Positions 24,207 to 34,568 are shown, counted from the first letter of the stretch. The stretch is DNA of 64,000 nucleotides from Solirubrobacteraceae bacterium (GCA_036490775.1 DASXDD010000028.1:9679-73678); one strand, 5' to 3'. Translations and numbers: made by a program. Notes: generated from the letters alone by a model not told the origin.

Positions 24207-25655
24207 GTGGCCCACTCGACGCTAGAACAGCAATCGGCGCAGGCGCCGGAAGACGCCGCGCAGCCCAGCAAGCCGCGCGCGACCGACCTGCTCCGGAGGC
24301 CGATCGCGCCGCTGGTGATCGCGATCGTCGTGCTGGCGCTCGCGACCGTCGTCGTGGTGTGGGCGCGGACGCGTCCGGGCTATGACCCGTACGGCTGGCT
24401 GGTATGGGGCCGCCAGACGATCAAGGGCGCGCTGGACACCAACGCGGCCCCCTCGTGGAAGCCGCTGCCCTACCTGTTCACGCTGCCCTACGCGCTGTTC
24501 GGCCACTACCAGCTGTGGCTGTGGATGATCACCTCGGTCGCGATCTCGCTCAGCGGCGTCGTGTTCGCCGCCCGGATCGCCTATCGCGTGACCGGCGCAC
24601 CGCCCGAGCGCCGCTACGCCGCGTACATCGCGGGTGCGTTCGCCGGGCTGGCGTTGCTCGGGATCACCGACTACGCCCATTACGTGCTCAGCGCGCAATC
24701 GGATCCGCTGATCGCATCGCTGTGCCTGGGCGCGATCGACTGCCACTTGTCGCGCCGGCCGCGATCGGCGTTCGCGCTGCTGGTGCTCGCCTCGCTCGGG
24801 CGCCCGGAGGTGTGGCCGTTCATCGCCGGCTACGCGATCTGGGCGTGGCTGCGGGTACCGGCGATGCGCTGGATCGTGGTCGCCGGGGCGATCGTCGTGC
24901 TGGCGCTGTGGTTCGGGATCCCGGGCCTGACGTCAAACAGCTTCTTCCAGGCCGGCAGCCACGCGCTCGGCTCCGGGCGCGCGATCCACGGCAACAAGGT
25001 CACCGGGATCATCAGCCGCTTCATCGGGCTGCATGCGACCGGACTCGAGTTGCTCGCGCTGCTGTCGGTCGCGCTCGCCGTTGTGCGGCGTGACCGCACG
25101 ACACTGGCGCTCGCCGGTGCGGCGGTCGCCTGGGTGATCGTCGAGATCGCATTTGCGCTGCACGGCTGGCCTGGCGTGCCGCGCTACATGTTCCCGGCGG
25201 CTGCCGTGATGGTCGTGATCGCGGCGATCGCGGTCGGGCGCCTGCTCGCCGAGCCACCGCGCATGACCAGCGCGGCCGGCCTGATCGGGATTGCCGTGGT
25301 CGTCGTCGCGGTCGCCAGCCTCGTGCCGCCGGCGATCTCCGATGCGCGCACCGAGCACAAAGACCTCGTCGCCCAGCGGGCGCGCACCAAGGAGATCAAC
25401 CAGTTGACCGGCTCGATCCGCCGACTCGGCGGCGCGGCGCGGCTGCGGGGCTGCGGCGAGCCGCTGACGCGGCTCGAGTACCAGTCGATCCTCGCCTGGC
25501 AGCTCAACGTCAATGTCGCGACGGTCGGCTTCAAGTACGGCCCGGCGATCAGCTCGGTCCGTCCGATCGTGCTGTTCTCGCCGTTGCCCCACGGCGGCTG
25601 GAAGATCACCGCGCTGCACCAGACGAGTCCCGACTGCCGCTCGCTCCCGCACTAG
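24207..25655 (+). CDS. Polytopic membrane protein with GT-C glycosyltransferase-like features
   Basis: About 10-11 hydrophobic segments; acidic residue after TM1 (GYDPYGW), SDP, GRPE and PRY motifs; soluble C-terminal domain. Confidence 0.6.
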   Translation: MAHSTLEQQSAQAPEDAAQPSKPRATDLLRRPIAPLVIAIVVLALATVVVVWARTRPGYDPYGWLVWGRQTIKGALDTNAAPSWKPLPYLFTLPYALFGHYQLWLWMITSVAISLSGVVFAARIAYRVTGAPPERRYAAYIAGAFAGLALLGITDYAHYVLSAQSDPLIASLCLGAIDCHLSRRPRSAFALLVLASLGRPEVWPFIAGYAIWAWLRVPAMRWIVVAGAIVVLALWFGIPGLTSNSFFQAGSHALGSGRAIHGNKVTGIISRFIGLHATGLELLALLSVALAVVRRDRTTLALAGAAVAWVIVEIAFALHGWPGVPRYMFPAAAVMVVIAAIAVGRLLAEPPRMTSAAGLIGIAVVVVAVASLVPPAISDARTEHKDLVAQRARTKEINQLTGSIRRLGGAARLRGCGEPLTRLEYQSILAWQLNVNVATVGFKYGPAISSVRPIVLFSPLPHGGWKITALHQTSPDCRSLPH

Positions 25656-25686
25656 CGGGAGGCTCGCTCGCGACGCCGGCGACCCG

Positions 25687-26253
25687 CTAGCGATCGGGGC
25701 GGTCCGGATAAACCTCGTCGATCGTCGTCAGCGCGACGTAGGGGGCGCCCGCCGCGCGTTTGATCGCCTCGGCGCCGCCGGCGAGGCGGTCGCAGATCAC
25801 GAGCACGCCACAGACCTCATGGCCCTCGTCGCGCAGCGCCTCGAGCGCCTTGATCGTCGAGCCGCCGGTGGTAGCGACGTCCTCTACGAGCATGCAGCGG
25901 TCGCCGGGATCGAGCAGCGGCCCTTCGATCCGGCGCGCCAGACCGTGCTGCTTGATGTCCTTTCGCACGAAGAAGGCCTTCACGTCGGCGCCCCCGGCGA
26001 GCGCCGCGCACGCGATCGGGTCGGCACCCATCGTCATCCCGCCGACGGCGGTCGCGCCCCAGTCACGCGCCTGCGCCGCTACCAGCTCGGCGAGCGCCAT
26101 GAAGCCCGCCGGGCGCATGATCGCGCGCTTGGCGTCGACCAGGTACTGGGCGGTGCGACCGCTGGTCAGCACGACCTCGCCGATCACCAGCGCGTGCTCG
26201 CGCAGTTCGGTCAGCAGGCGCGCTCGCGCGCTCGTATGAACGTCCAGATTCAT
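25687..26253 (-). CDS. pyrE: Orotate phosphoribosyltransferase
   Basis: LTSGR, VRKDIKQHG, RRIEG, PRPP motif LVEDVATTGGS. Confidence 0.92.
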   Translation of the reverse strand: MNLDVHTSARARLLTELREHALVIGEVVLTSGRTAQYLVDAKRAIMRPAGFMALAELVAAQARDWGATAVGGMTMGADPIACAALAGGADVKAFFVRKDIKQHGLARRIEGPLLDPGDRCMLVEDVATTGGSTIKALEALRDEGHEVCGVLVICDRLAGGAEAIKRAAGAPYVALTTIDEVYPDRPDR

Positions 26254-26271
26254 CGCCGGCGAGTGATCCTA

Positions 26272-26646
26272 ATGGCGATCGCGGCCGATCCCCTGCGCGT
26301 GATTAATCGGCTCCTCACCTACGCGAGCTTCGTCTGTTGCGCACTCGTGATCGCCTCATTCGGGATGTTCGCGCGCGACCAGATGGCCGGCGCTTCGGCC
26401 CATCAGCAGTCAGAGCTGGCGGCCGGCGTGCCTCCGACGGCGGGCGCCAGCACGCCCGTCGACGTCCATCACCACCAGCCGCGGGTGTTCATCGATGCGG
26501 CCGCGAGCGACCTGACAAGTCCGTTCCGGGCGATCCTCCACTCAAACTCCGAGTGGGTGTTGCACATCTTCCCGGCTGTCTGCGCGCTGCTCGTCTACGG
26601 GCTCGGGCTCGGGTTCCTGGCGCGCGTCGCGCGCCCCGGCGCCTGA
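26272..26646 (+). CDS. Small membrane protein, two TM segments
   Basis: ATG 26272; hydrophobic N- and C-terminal helices flanking a soluble loop. Confidence 0.65.
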   Translation: MAIAADPLRVINRLLTYASFVCCALVIASFGMFARDQMAGASAHQQSELAAGVPPTAGASTPVDVHHHQPRVFIDAAASDLTSPFRAILHSNSEWVLHIFPAVCALLVYGLGLGFLARVARPGA

Positions 26647-26651
26647 ACCGG

Positions 26652-27710
26652 CTAGCGACCTTCGTAGTAGACGTCGACCCCGTCGCCGACGTTGAGCCAG
26701 TTGTAGATCGAGATCGCGTCGACGATCGGTACCCGCATGCACCCGTGGCTGGCGGGGAAGTCGGGCGCAGGGTTGAAGCCGTGGATCGCGTAGCCCCCGG
26801 TGAAGAAGCTCGAGAAGTACATGCCGTCGGGCAGGTAGCCCGGCGTCTTCAGGTACACGTGGAAGCTCCCGAGCACCGTCGGCGTCGACGGCTTGCCGGA
26901 ACTGATCGGATACAGCGCGACTACCTTGCCCTTGTCGATCAGCGCCAGCACCTGACGCGACAGATCGCCCTCGGCGTGCTTTCCGTGACTGGGGAAGCGG
27001 ATGTGGAATTGGCCGACTCCGTTGAGCAGATCGCTGACCGTGCCGGAGTCCAATGACTCCGAGACGCCGTGGCCGAGCAGGCGGTGGTAGGCGTCGAGTG
27101 CGAGGCGCATGCCCCCGTCGTAGACACCGGTCTGCGGGATGTAGAAGTGAAGCGCGGCGAGGCGCTGCTGCATCAGCTGCACAAACGGTCCGGTGGCGCC
27201 GAAGCCTGCGCTCGGCGCGACAACGCTGAAGTTGCGGCGCGAGACGAAGCCCACCTGCTGCGCATCGCGATGGTGGGCAACCTGCACGCTGACCTGTCCC
27301 GCCGCCGGTACCGACAGCTTCTCGCTGAACCTCCCGTATCTCCCGTTGCGCGATGGCTTGACGCGCAGGGTGTCGAGCTTGATCCGGTGCGACCCCAGGA
27401 AGGCCTTGACAGTGACTCGCTGACCGGGCACGTACGGGCGCACGACGCCACCGACGTGAATCGTGCGGTTGGGCAGCGTGATCGGCTGGCGGGAGACGAA
27501 AAACGCGTCGAGCAGATACAGGCGAAGCGAGCCCTTTGCCACGGCGGGCTTGGGGGTAGTCGGCGTCGGCGTGGTGGTGGTCGCCGGCGTGGTGGTAGGC
27601 GTCGTCGGCGTGGTCGTCTTCCCAGATGCGGCCACGGCGACTGACGGGGCCGCGGCGAGCGCCAGCGTCGCCCCAGCACATGCCACCGATCGGTAGAGGC
27701 CCCTAGACAT
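26652..27710 (-). CDS. L,D-transpeptidase family protein (secreted)
   Basis: Signal peptide, Thr/Pro linker, PG-binding-like segment, YkuD catalytic AIHG...SHGCMR. Confidence 0.9.
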   Translation of the reverse strand: MSRGLYRSVACAGATLALAAAPSVAVAASGKTTTPTTPTTTPATTTTPTPTTPKPAVAKGSLRLYLLDAFFVSRQPITLPNRTIHVGGVVRPYVPGQRVTVKAFLGSHRIKLDTLRVKPSRNGRYGRFSEKLSVPAAGQVSVQVAHHRDAQQVGFVSRRNFSVVAPSAGFGATGPFVQLMQQRLAALHFYIPQTGVYDGGMRLALDAYHRLLGHGVSESLDSGTVSDLLNGVGQFHIRFPSHGKHAEGDLSRQVLALIDKGKVVALYPISSGKPSTPTVLGSFHVYLKTPGYLPDGMYFSSFFTGGYAIHGFNPAPDFPASHGCMRVPIVDAISIYNWLNVGDGVDVYYEGR

Positions 27711-27776
27711 GAGGCGGAAGTAAACCAGGCGCGGCGTTCGGGGGTGCAATCTGTTCATCGCGCGGTAAGGATCCGA

Positions 27777-28679
27777 TCACCACGGCCAGACCGTGTTGCG
27801 TTTGGAGAGCGGCAGTGTGATCGCACCGATCAGCGCCAATGCGGCGACCATCAGCAGGAAGATCTCGCCGACGTTCCAGTTGAGCTGGTTGACCCCGAGC
27901 GCGAGCGAGTTGTTGATCGAGTGGAGCGCCATGCACGGGTAGAGCGAGCGGGTGCGCCAGCGCACGAGGCACAGCACGAACCCGAGGAACCCGAGCGGTA
28001 GTAGGTACTGCGGCGAGGCGGACCCGGTGTGAGCCAGGCCGAACAGGATCCCGGTCAGGACGGCCGCGACCCAGGTCCCGATCTCGCGGCCGGCGACGAC
28101 GATCCGCCACCGCCGCAGGGCGCCGAAGAAGAATCCGCGGAAGAAGAACTCCTCGGCCATCGGCGCGACCACGCACACGAACACGGCCGCCGCGACGAGC
28201 GCGACCGTGCTGCGGTTGACGCCGAGCTCGCTCGGGAGTTTGTCGCTGCCGTGCAGCTTGAACAGGGCCGCCCAGATCGCCGTCACGACGTAGTAGCCGA
28301 CAGCTGCGAGCATCACCGCCCCGACCGCGAGCTTCAGCCCGACGCGGCGAAATCCGAAGTCCGCGGGCGTGCCGTGACCCTGGAAGACCGCGAAGTACAG
28401 GGCCGCGGCGACGAACCCGAGGTCGAACACGATGTCCGAGACGATCGTCACGGCCGGCGACGGGTGCGCGAGGCTCGATCCGCCGATCGTGCCGAGCGCC
28501 TGCACGACGATCGTCGCGAAGATCCCAAGCGCGAGCCCGATCCCGACCGCTGCCGGAGCCGTCCAGATCGACCACGGCGGCTCGTCGGGCCTGCGATCGG
28601 ACGCCGGCGACTCGGGCTCGGGCGGCGGGGACATGGCGTCGGGCGGCGGCGCTGACGCTGGTGGCGGAATGCTCGACAT
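27777..28679 (-). CDS. CPBP family intramembrane glutamic protease (Abi/CAAX)
   Basis: EEFFFRG, FGLAH, HSINN. Confidence 0.93.
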   Translation of the reverse strand: MSSIPPPASAPPPDAMSPPPEPESPASDRRPDEPPWSIWTAPAAVGIGLALGIFATIVVQALGTIGGSSLAHPSPAVTIVSDIVFDLGFVAAALYFAVFQGHGTPADFGFRRVGLKLAVGAVMLAAVGYYVVTAIWAALFKLHGSDKLPSELGVNRSTVALVAAAVFVCVVAPMAEEFFFRGFFFGALRRWRIVVAGREIGTWVAAVLTGILFGLAHTGSASPQYLLPLGFLGFVLCLVRWRTRSLYPCMALHSINNSLALGVNQLNWNVGEIFLLMVAALALIGAITLPLSKRNTVWPW

Positions 28680-28715
28680 TTGAAAAACGCAGGTTAGAGG
28701 CCGACTCGGGATGCC

Positions 28716-29390
28716 TCAGAGCTCGGCGAGCGTCGCGATCGTGCGCGTTCCGGGCGGGCCGGGAGCCCCGTCGCGGCGCACCAGCACCGCTTCGATCCCG
28801 GCGGCCCGCGCGCCGGCGATGTCCTCCTCGACGCTGTCGCCGGCGTGCAGCGCTTCGCTCGCAGCGACCTCGGCGACCGCGAGTGCGTGCTCGAAGATCG
28901 CCGGTGACGGCTTGCGCGCGCCGAATCCGGCGGAGGTGACGACCGCGTCGATCAGCGGCGCGAGCTCGAGCCGCTCGAGCGCCTCCTCGAGCGAGACGTC
29001 CCAGTTGCTGACCACGACCAGTCGCTGGCCACGCTCGCGCGCGGCGACGAGCGCCGGGCGCACATCATCGAACGGCCGGAAGCGAATCGCGGCGAGCAGT
29101 GTTTCGGTCAGCGACCGGCCGTCAATCTCGGCGATCCGGGGATCTGACGGGAGCGCGGCCGCAAGCGCCTGCGCGCAGCGCGAGCGCAGGTCCGCGAGCG
29201 CCTCGCGGTCGCGTCCTTCGTCGAGATGCGCCCGGTAGTAGGCGATCTCGGCGGCGATCGCCTCGCGCGCCTGCGCCTCGGTGATGCTCACGCCGAAGCG
29301 CCGCGCGAGCTCCGCTTGCAGGTGCGGTGCCGGCGGCTCGAGCTCGAGCAGCGTCCCGAGCGCGTCGAGCAACAGCGCGCGCGGTCTCAC
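28716..29390 (-). CDS. HAD family hydrolase
   Basis: DALGTL (motif I), VSNWD, KPSP, GDSVEEDIAGA; GTG start overlaps the upstream stop. Confidence 0.9.
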   Translation of the reverse strand: MRPRALLLDALGTLLELEPPAPHLQAELARRFGVSITEAQAREAIAAEIAYYRAHLDEGRDREALADLRSRCAQALAAALPSDPRIAEIDGRSLTETLLAAIRFRPFDDVRPALVAARERGQRLVVVSNWDVSLEEALERLELAPLIDAVVTSAGFGARKPSPAIFEHALAVAEVAASEALHAGDSVEEDIAGARAAGIEAVLVRRDGAPGPPGTRTIATLAEL

Positions 29391-30658
29391 GCGACAAACC
29401 GCCAAGTCGCGAACTCGGCGGTGAACAGGCCCAGCAGCACCGCCAGCGAGGCGATCGCCGGCGTCGTCAGCCGACGCCGCTCGAGCCATCCCGCCGCCCA
29501 CATGAACAGCGGGAACACGACGACCTCGTAGCGCGGCAGCGAAGCGAGCGGCTGCGGCGTCACCGGGTAGGTCAGCGGCATCGCGAGCGCGGCGAGCGCG
29601 TACCCGCCGTAGGCGACTGGCAGCCGCCGCAGTGCTCCGATCACGCCGGCGGCGCCGAGCACCAAGAAGCAGAACAACATCAGGTTCTGCCCGGCGACCT
29701 GCAGCGGATCGCCGCCGGCCTTGGTGAAGTACAGCGGCGGCGGCGGCCCGTGCAGCAGCTGGCGCAGACCGTCCCAGGCCGCGACCGCGCCTTTCCAAAC
29801 GCCGCCGAACGGGCCGGCGAAGTGCCTGAACCAGACCTGCTGGACGTGAAACGGCGCGAGTCCGTCGCCGGTCTTCACCGCCAGCCAGCCGATGTATGCG
29901 CCGAGCCCGAGCGGCACGAGCCCCGCCCACGCGAGCGCCGGCGTGATCGGATAGCGCGGCAGTACGCGCGCGAAGCCCGATCGCACGCGGGGCGCGCGGT
30001 CGGGCATGTCGCCGCGTGGCCCGTAGAGGAACAGCAGCACGATCGGCACGACCAGCGTGATCCCGCTGTTGCGCGACATCGCTCCGAGCCCGCCGAGCAG
30101 CCCGGCCCACGCCCATCGCCCGCGGCGCGCCTGCAGCACGCAGCCGACCGACAGCGCCAAGAACAGAGACTCGCTGTAGACGGCCGAGAAGAAGTACGCC
30201 ATCGGGCAGAACGCGACCAGCATCACGGTCACGCTCGCGAGCTCGGAGTTGAGCTCGATCGAAGCGAGCCGGTAGAGCAGCCTCAACCCGACCGCGAACG
30301 CGACCAGCGAGACGAGCACGCCGGCGACCAGATCGGAGCCGATCACCAGTCCCGGTCCCCGCAGCACCAGCGGATACAGCGGAAAGAATGCAGTCCGGGT
30401 CGCCTCGTGGGCATAGCCGCCCTGCGCGATCGCGAGGTACCAGACTGAGTCCCAGCGGGCGAACGGCGCCGCCAGCAGATTGCCGAAATACCCGAACGGG
30501 GCGGTCAAATTCGCCGGGTCAAATGCTTGCGTCCCGGGCGCGCGGCCGAACGACAGCACGGCGAACATGCCCGACACCAGCACGACCAGCCGAGAGGTCC
30601 AGATGGCACGCCACACGATCCCCCATGCCGCCTGGCTTTCGCTCGCTTCCCGCTGCAT
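29387..30658 (-). CDS. PIG-V/GT76-like integral membrane mannosyltransferase (GT-C)
   Basis: RWDSVWYLAIAQGGY, AFFPLYP, YSESLFL, SLPRY; start approximate. Confidence 0.85.
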   Translation of the reverse strand: MQREASESQAAWGIVWRAIWTSRLVVLVSGMFAVLSFGRAPGTQAFDPANLTAPFGYFGNLLAAPFARWDSVWYLAIAQGGYAHEATRTAFFPLYPLVLRGPGLVIGSDLVAGVLVSLVAFAVGLRLLYRLASIELNSELASVTVMLVAFCPMAYFFSAVYSESLFLALSVGCVLQARRGRWAWAGLLGGLGAMSRNSGITLVVPIVLLFLYGPRGDMPDRAPRVRSGFARVLPRYPITPALAWAGLVPLGLGAYIGWLAVKTGDGLAPFHVQQVWFRHFAGPFGGVWKGAVAAWDGLRQLLHGPPPPLYFTKAGGDPLQVAGQNLMLFCFLVLGAAGVIGALRRLPVAYGGYALAALAMPLTYPVTPQPLASLPRYEVVVFPLFMWAAGWLERRRLTTPAIASLAVLLGLFTAEFATWRFVA

Positions 30659-30808
30659 CACAGATGCCGAGTGTCGCACCGCGGCTCGCACCGTAGAGGA
30701 GGCGCAACCGGTAGGCCGAAAGAACCGCCTAGGTACACTGATCAGTCTTGCTGTGGCGCTGAGCACGCGCTTTTGCGCACCGGCGCCGCCGCAGCCGACA
30801 CTCACTTC

Positions 30809-33010
30809 ATGAGCCGACGCGAACGACAGAAGCGCCGCCGGCGCAGCCGCGGGCACCCCGTAACCAAGATCTTGCTGGTCGGGGGCGTGCTCGGCGTATG
30901 CGCGGTCGTGCTCGGCGCGATGGCCGCGGTCGGATGGGTGGTCGCGGTCGCCGACAACGGTCCGAACCTCAGCCAGCTCAAGCCGCGCACGCCGCACACG
31001 CTGACGCAGATCTTCGCCGCCGACGGCAGCTCGCTCGGCTACGTGCACTCAGACACTGTCTACGACAAGATTTCGATCTCGAGGATCCCGGCCACGCTCC
31101 GCCGGGCCACGGTCGCGATCGAGGACCGGCGCTTCTACCAGCACGGCGCGCTCGATTACCAGGGGATCCTGCGCGCCGGGGTTAAGGACCTGTTCGGCGG
31201 CAGAGACTCGCTGCAAGGTGCGTCGACGCTGACGATGCAGCTCGTCGACAACAAGTACATGCCGGCGAAGATCGCCGCTAACCACAACCTGAAGTACAAG
31301 ATCATCCAGGCCAAGCTCGCCGAGCAGCTCGAGAACAAGCACAGCAAGACCTGGATCCTCAACAACTACCTGTCCGACGTCCCCTACGGAACGGTCGGCG
31401 GGCAGACGGCGATCGGCGTCGGCGCCGCCGCCGAGCTGTTCTTCGACAAGCCGGTGTGGAAGCTCAGCCTCGCCGACGTCGCCCTGATCGCCGGGCTGCC
31501 GCAGGCGCCGTCGCAGTACAACCCGTTCCTGTACCCGAAGCTGGCGCGCCGGCGCCGCGGCGACGTCTTGCGCGCAATGGTGGCAGCGGACTACATCACG
31601 CCGAGGCAGGCCGCGGCCGCGAGCCGCAAGCCGCTCGGCGTCCACGCGAACACCCTGTACACGGCCAAGCGCCAGCCATACGTGTTCGACTACGTCGAGC
31701 ACCAGCTGATCCAGCGATTCGGCGCCAACGCCGTCGCCAACGGCGGCCTCAAGGTCTACACGACGATCGACCCCAAGCGCCAGGAACAGGCCGAGCAGGC
31801 GATCCTCGCCCACGAGGGTGGGCCGGGCCAACCGGCCGCGGCGGTGGCCTCGATCGATCCCGTCAACGGCGACATCGTGGCGCTCGCGACGTCCTCGGAG
31901 TACGGCACCCGGCCAGGACAGACCACCTTCGATTACGCGTGGCAGGCGCACCGCCAGACCGGGTCGGCATTCAAGGTTTTCTCGCTGATGACGCTAATCC
32001 ACGACTACAACGGCGACCCCAACCAGACCTACTACGTGTCCAAGCTGCTGCCGCCGGGATGGCTGCCGGGCTATCCGACCTACTCGGTGCATACCGCCGA
32101 GCTCAGCTACCAGGGCACGATCAGCGTGACCAGGGCGACGACCGACTCCGACAACACGGTCTTCGCACAGCTCGCCCAGGACATGACCCTGCCCAAGGTC
32201 AGCGCCACCGCGCACGCGATGGGAATCACCTCGCCGCTGACGGACTTCCCGTCCGAGGCGCTGGGCGCGGTCTCGGTGTCGCCGCTGGAGATGGCCGATG
32301 CCTACGCGACGCTCGCCAGCGGCGGGGTTCATCATCCGCCCAGCGCGATCACCAAGGTCGTGTTCCCCGATGGCAGCTCCGTGGACCTGGGCGCCCCGAA
32401 GGGCAACCGGGTGTTCAGCTACGGCGAGTCCTACGCCGCCGATCAGGTGCTGAAGACCGTGATCACGAGCGGCACGGGCACGGCCGCCAACTACGGCTGC
32501 CCGGCCGCCGGCAAGACCGGCACGACCAGCAGCTTCACCGACGCCTACTTCGACGGCTACACCCCCAAGCTCGCCACCGCGGTGTGGGTGGGCTATCCCA
32601 ACGAGACCGAGTCGATGGCCAACGGCTTCGGCGGGACGCTGGCGGCGCCGATCTGGCACGACTACATGTCGGCGGCGAGCGACGGCTACTGCGGTGACTT
32701 CACGCTGCCGACGGTGCCATGGCACGGCACCGCGTTCTTCGGCCACTTCGCGACGACCGGCAAGCCAATCGCGCCGACTACCGGTTCGGGCTCCGGGCAC
32801 GCGCCGAAGACCACCCCGGGCACCGGCGGTGCCGGCCTCACCCCGGGCGGCACGAGCACCAACCCGCAGAACAACCCGACGCTGTTCGCTCAGCCGCCCC
32901 AGCCGGCCGGCGGCACCGGTCACGGAGGCGGCACCGGCGGCGGCAGCGGCGGTGGCACCGGCACTGGCGGCGGCGGCACGAGCGGCGGGGGCGGACCGAC
33001 CAATCACTGA
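30809..33010 (+). CDS. Class A penicillin-binding protein (transglycosylase/transpeptidase)
   Basis: EDRRFYQH, GASTLTMQL, SAFK (SxxK), SDN, KTGT; Gly-rich tail. Confidence 0.94.
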   Translation: MSRRERQKRRRRSRGHPVTKILLVGGVLGVCAVVLGAMAAVGWVVAVADNGPNLSQLKPRTPHTLTQIFAADGSSLGYVHSDTVYDKISISRIPATLRRATVAIEDRRFYQHGALDYQGILRAGVKDLFGGRDSLQGASTLTMQLVDNKYMPAKIAANHNLKYKIIQAKLAEQLENKHSKTWILNNYLSDVPYGTVGGQTAIGVGAAAELFFDKPVWKLSLADVALIAGLPQAPSQYNPFLYPKLARRRRGDVLRAMVAADYITPRQAAAASRKPLGVHANTLYTAKRQPYVFDYVEHQLIQRFGANAVANGGLKVYTTIDPKRQEQAEQAILAHEGGPGQPAAAVASIDPVNGDIVALATSSEYGTRPGQTTFDYAWQAHRQTGSAFKVFSLMTLIHDYNGDPNQTYYVSKLLPPGWLPGYPTYSVHTAELSYQGTISVTRATTDSDNTVFAQLAQDMTLPKVSATAHAMGITSPLTDFPSEALGAVSVSPLEMADAYATLASGGVHHPPSAITKVVFPDGSSVDLGAPKGNRVFSYGESYAADQVLKTVITSGTGTAANYGCPAAGKTGTTSSFTDAYFDGYTPKLATAVWVGYPNETESMANGFGGTLAAPIWHDYMSAASDGYCGDFTLPTVPWHGTAFFGHFATTGKPIAPTTGSGSGHAPKTTPGTGGAGLTPGGTSTNPQNNPTLFAQPPQPAGGTGHGGGTGGGSGGGTGTGGGGTSGGGGPTNH

Positions 33011-33034
33011 TTGGCTGGTAGCTTTGTCTGCCAG

Positions 33035-33256
33035 ATGCCTAAGGAAGAGAAGGTTGAGCTAGAGGGCGAGGTCGTAGAGGCCCTCCCTAACGCGATGTTC
33101 CGCGTCAAGCTCGACAACATGGATCGTGTCGTGCTTGGTCACGTCGCCGGCAAGATGCGACGTTTTCGGATTCGGATCCTCCCGGGCGACCGGGTGCGGG
33201 TCGAGTTGTCCCCGTACGACCTCGACCGCGCGCGGATCGTCTACCGGCATCGCTGA
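33035..33256 (+). CDS. infA: Translation initiation factor IF-1
   Basis: [24 protein letters not shown]...IRILPGDRV...[13 protein letters not shown]. Confidence 0.97.
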   Translation: MPKEEKVELEGEVVEALPNAMFRVKLDNMDRVVLGHVAGKMRRFRIRILPGDRVRVELSPYDLDRARIVYRHR

Positions 33257-33272
33257 CCGAGCGGCGCCGCCC

Positions 33273-34250
33273 GTGCGCGAGCTGGAGCTGATCGAAGCGC
33301 TCGAGACCGTACTCGCGTGCGACAGCCCGACTGTCATGCGCTGGCTCGGCGACGACGCCGCGGTCGTTCGCGCGCGTGGCTACGCGGTCACGTCGGTCGA
33401 CACGGCCGTCGACGGCGTGCACTTCCGCACCGGTCAGCTGACGCCGCACGAGATCGGACACCGTGCGCTCGCGACGGCGCTGTCGGACCTCGCGGCGATG
33501 GGTGCGGACCCCGGCGAGGCGTACCTCGCGCTCGGGATCCCCGCAGGCGTGGAGCGAGGCGACGTGCTCGAGCTCGCAGCGGGCGCGCAGGCGCTCGCGT
33601 CGCAGACCGGCGTCACGATCGCCGGCGGCGACGTGACCAGCGCGCCGGCGCTGACCGTGTCGTTCACGGTCGTCGGCTGGGCGGACGATCCCGGTGATCT
33701 GGTCGGCCGCGACGGCGCCCGCCCGGGAGATGTGGTCGCCGTGACGGGCACGCTCGGGGCGGCCGGCGCCGGACTCGCGGTCCTCGATGGCAGGGCCGGT
33801 CAGGCTTCGGGGGATCTGCGCGAAGCGCTCCGCGAGCGTTACGCGCGGCCGCAGCCACAACTGGAAGCAGGTCGCGCGCTCGCGAGATCGGGCGCGCGCG
33901 CGATGATCGACCTGTCAGATGGGCTCGCGACCGACGCGGGCCACATTGCGCGGCGCAGCGGCGTCCGGATCGAGCTGTCGCTCGCAGCGTTGCCGCTCGC
34001 CGACGGCGTCGCCGAGGTCGCGCGCGAGCTCGGGGTCGACCCGCGAGCGTTCGCAGCGACCGCCGGCGACGACTACCAGCTCTGCGTCTGCGTCCCTGAG
34101 AGCGAGTGCAGGAATCCGGCGAACACGCCATCGAACCAGGCCCTGCGCGAAGCCGGCTTGACCGTGATCGGGTCAATCGTGCGCGGGCGCGCCGGAGTGG
34201 TGTTCACCGACGGCGACGGCGAGCTGCTCGGGTACGAGCACTCTTTCTGA
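33273..34250 (+). CDS. thiL: Thiamine-phosphate kinase
   Basis: [39 protein letters not shown]. Confidence 0.93.
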   Translation: MRELELIEALETVLACDSPTVMRWLGDDAAVVRARGYAVTSVDTAVDGVHFRTGQLTPHEIGHRALATALSDLAAMGADPGEAYLALGIPAGVERGDVLELAAGAQALASQTGVTIAGGDVTSAPALTVSFTVVGWADDPGDLVGRDGARPGDVVAVTGTLGAAGAGLAVLDGRAGQASGDLREALRERYARPQPQLEAGRALARSGARAMIDLSDGLATDAGHIARRSGVRIELSLAALPLADGVAEVARELGVDPRAFAATAGDDYQLCVCVPESECRNPANTPSNQALREAGLTVIGSIVRGRAGVVFTDGDGELLGYEHSF

Positions 34251-34429
34251 GGACGCTCGCCGGTGCAGTCCGTGCGCTCTGCCTTGCGCACGGTCTCGCC
34301 GCGGGCGGCGGCCACGTCGCGCAGGCGGCGGACAATCGCGTCCGCAACCGCGGTGGGGTCAACCCGGTACTCCCCTGTCTCGATCTGATGTTTTAGATCT
34401 CCCATTTTGTCCTCGCGATCCTTGTTCAA
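34073..34429 (-). CDS. FlgM-like anti-sigma-28 factor C-terminal domain protein
   Basis: AGGAG then TTG start; [28 protein letters not shown] fits the FlgM sigma-binding motif. Confidence 0.65.
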   Translation of the reverse strand: MNKDREDKMGDLKHQIETGEYRVDPTAVADAIVRRLRDVAAARGETVRKAERTDCTGERPQKECSYPSSSPSPSVNTTPARPRTIDPITVKPASRRAWFDGVFAGFLHSLSGTQTQSW

Positions 34430-34568
34430 GATGCACTCCTAGGATCGGCGCCTAGAGCGGCGCGCTTCATCGGGTCTGGACCCCAATCGACGGTTGTCGG
34501 GTTTATGTCCAGTGCGCGTCCAGATTGGTTTGAAAAGGAGTCTTTGCGTCAAGGGGTCTGCGTCGTGC

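Noticed and set aside
34430-34568. Sigma-28 promoter upstream of the FlgM-like gene
   Set aside because: CCGA-containing -10-like words exist, but none has a TAAA element at the expected spacing
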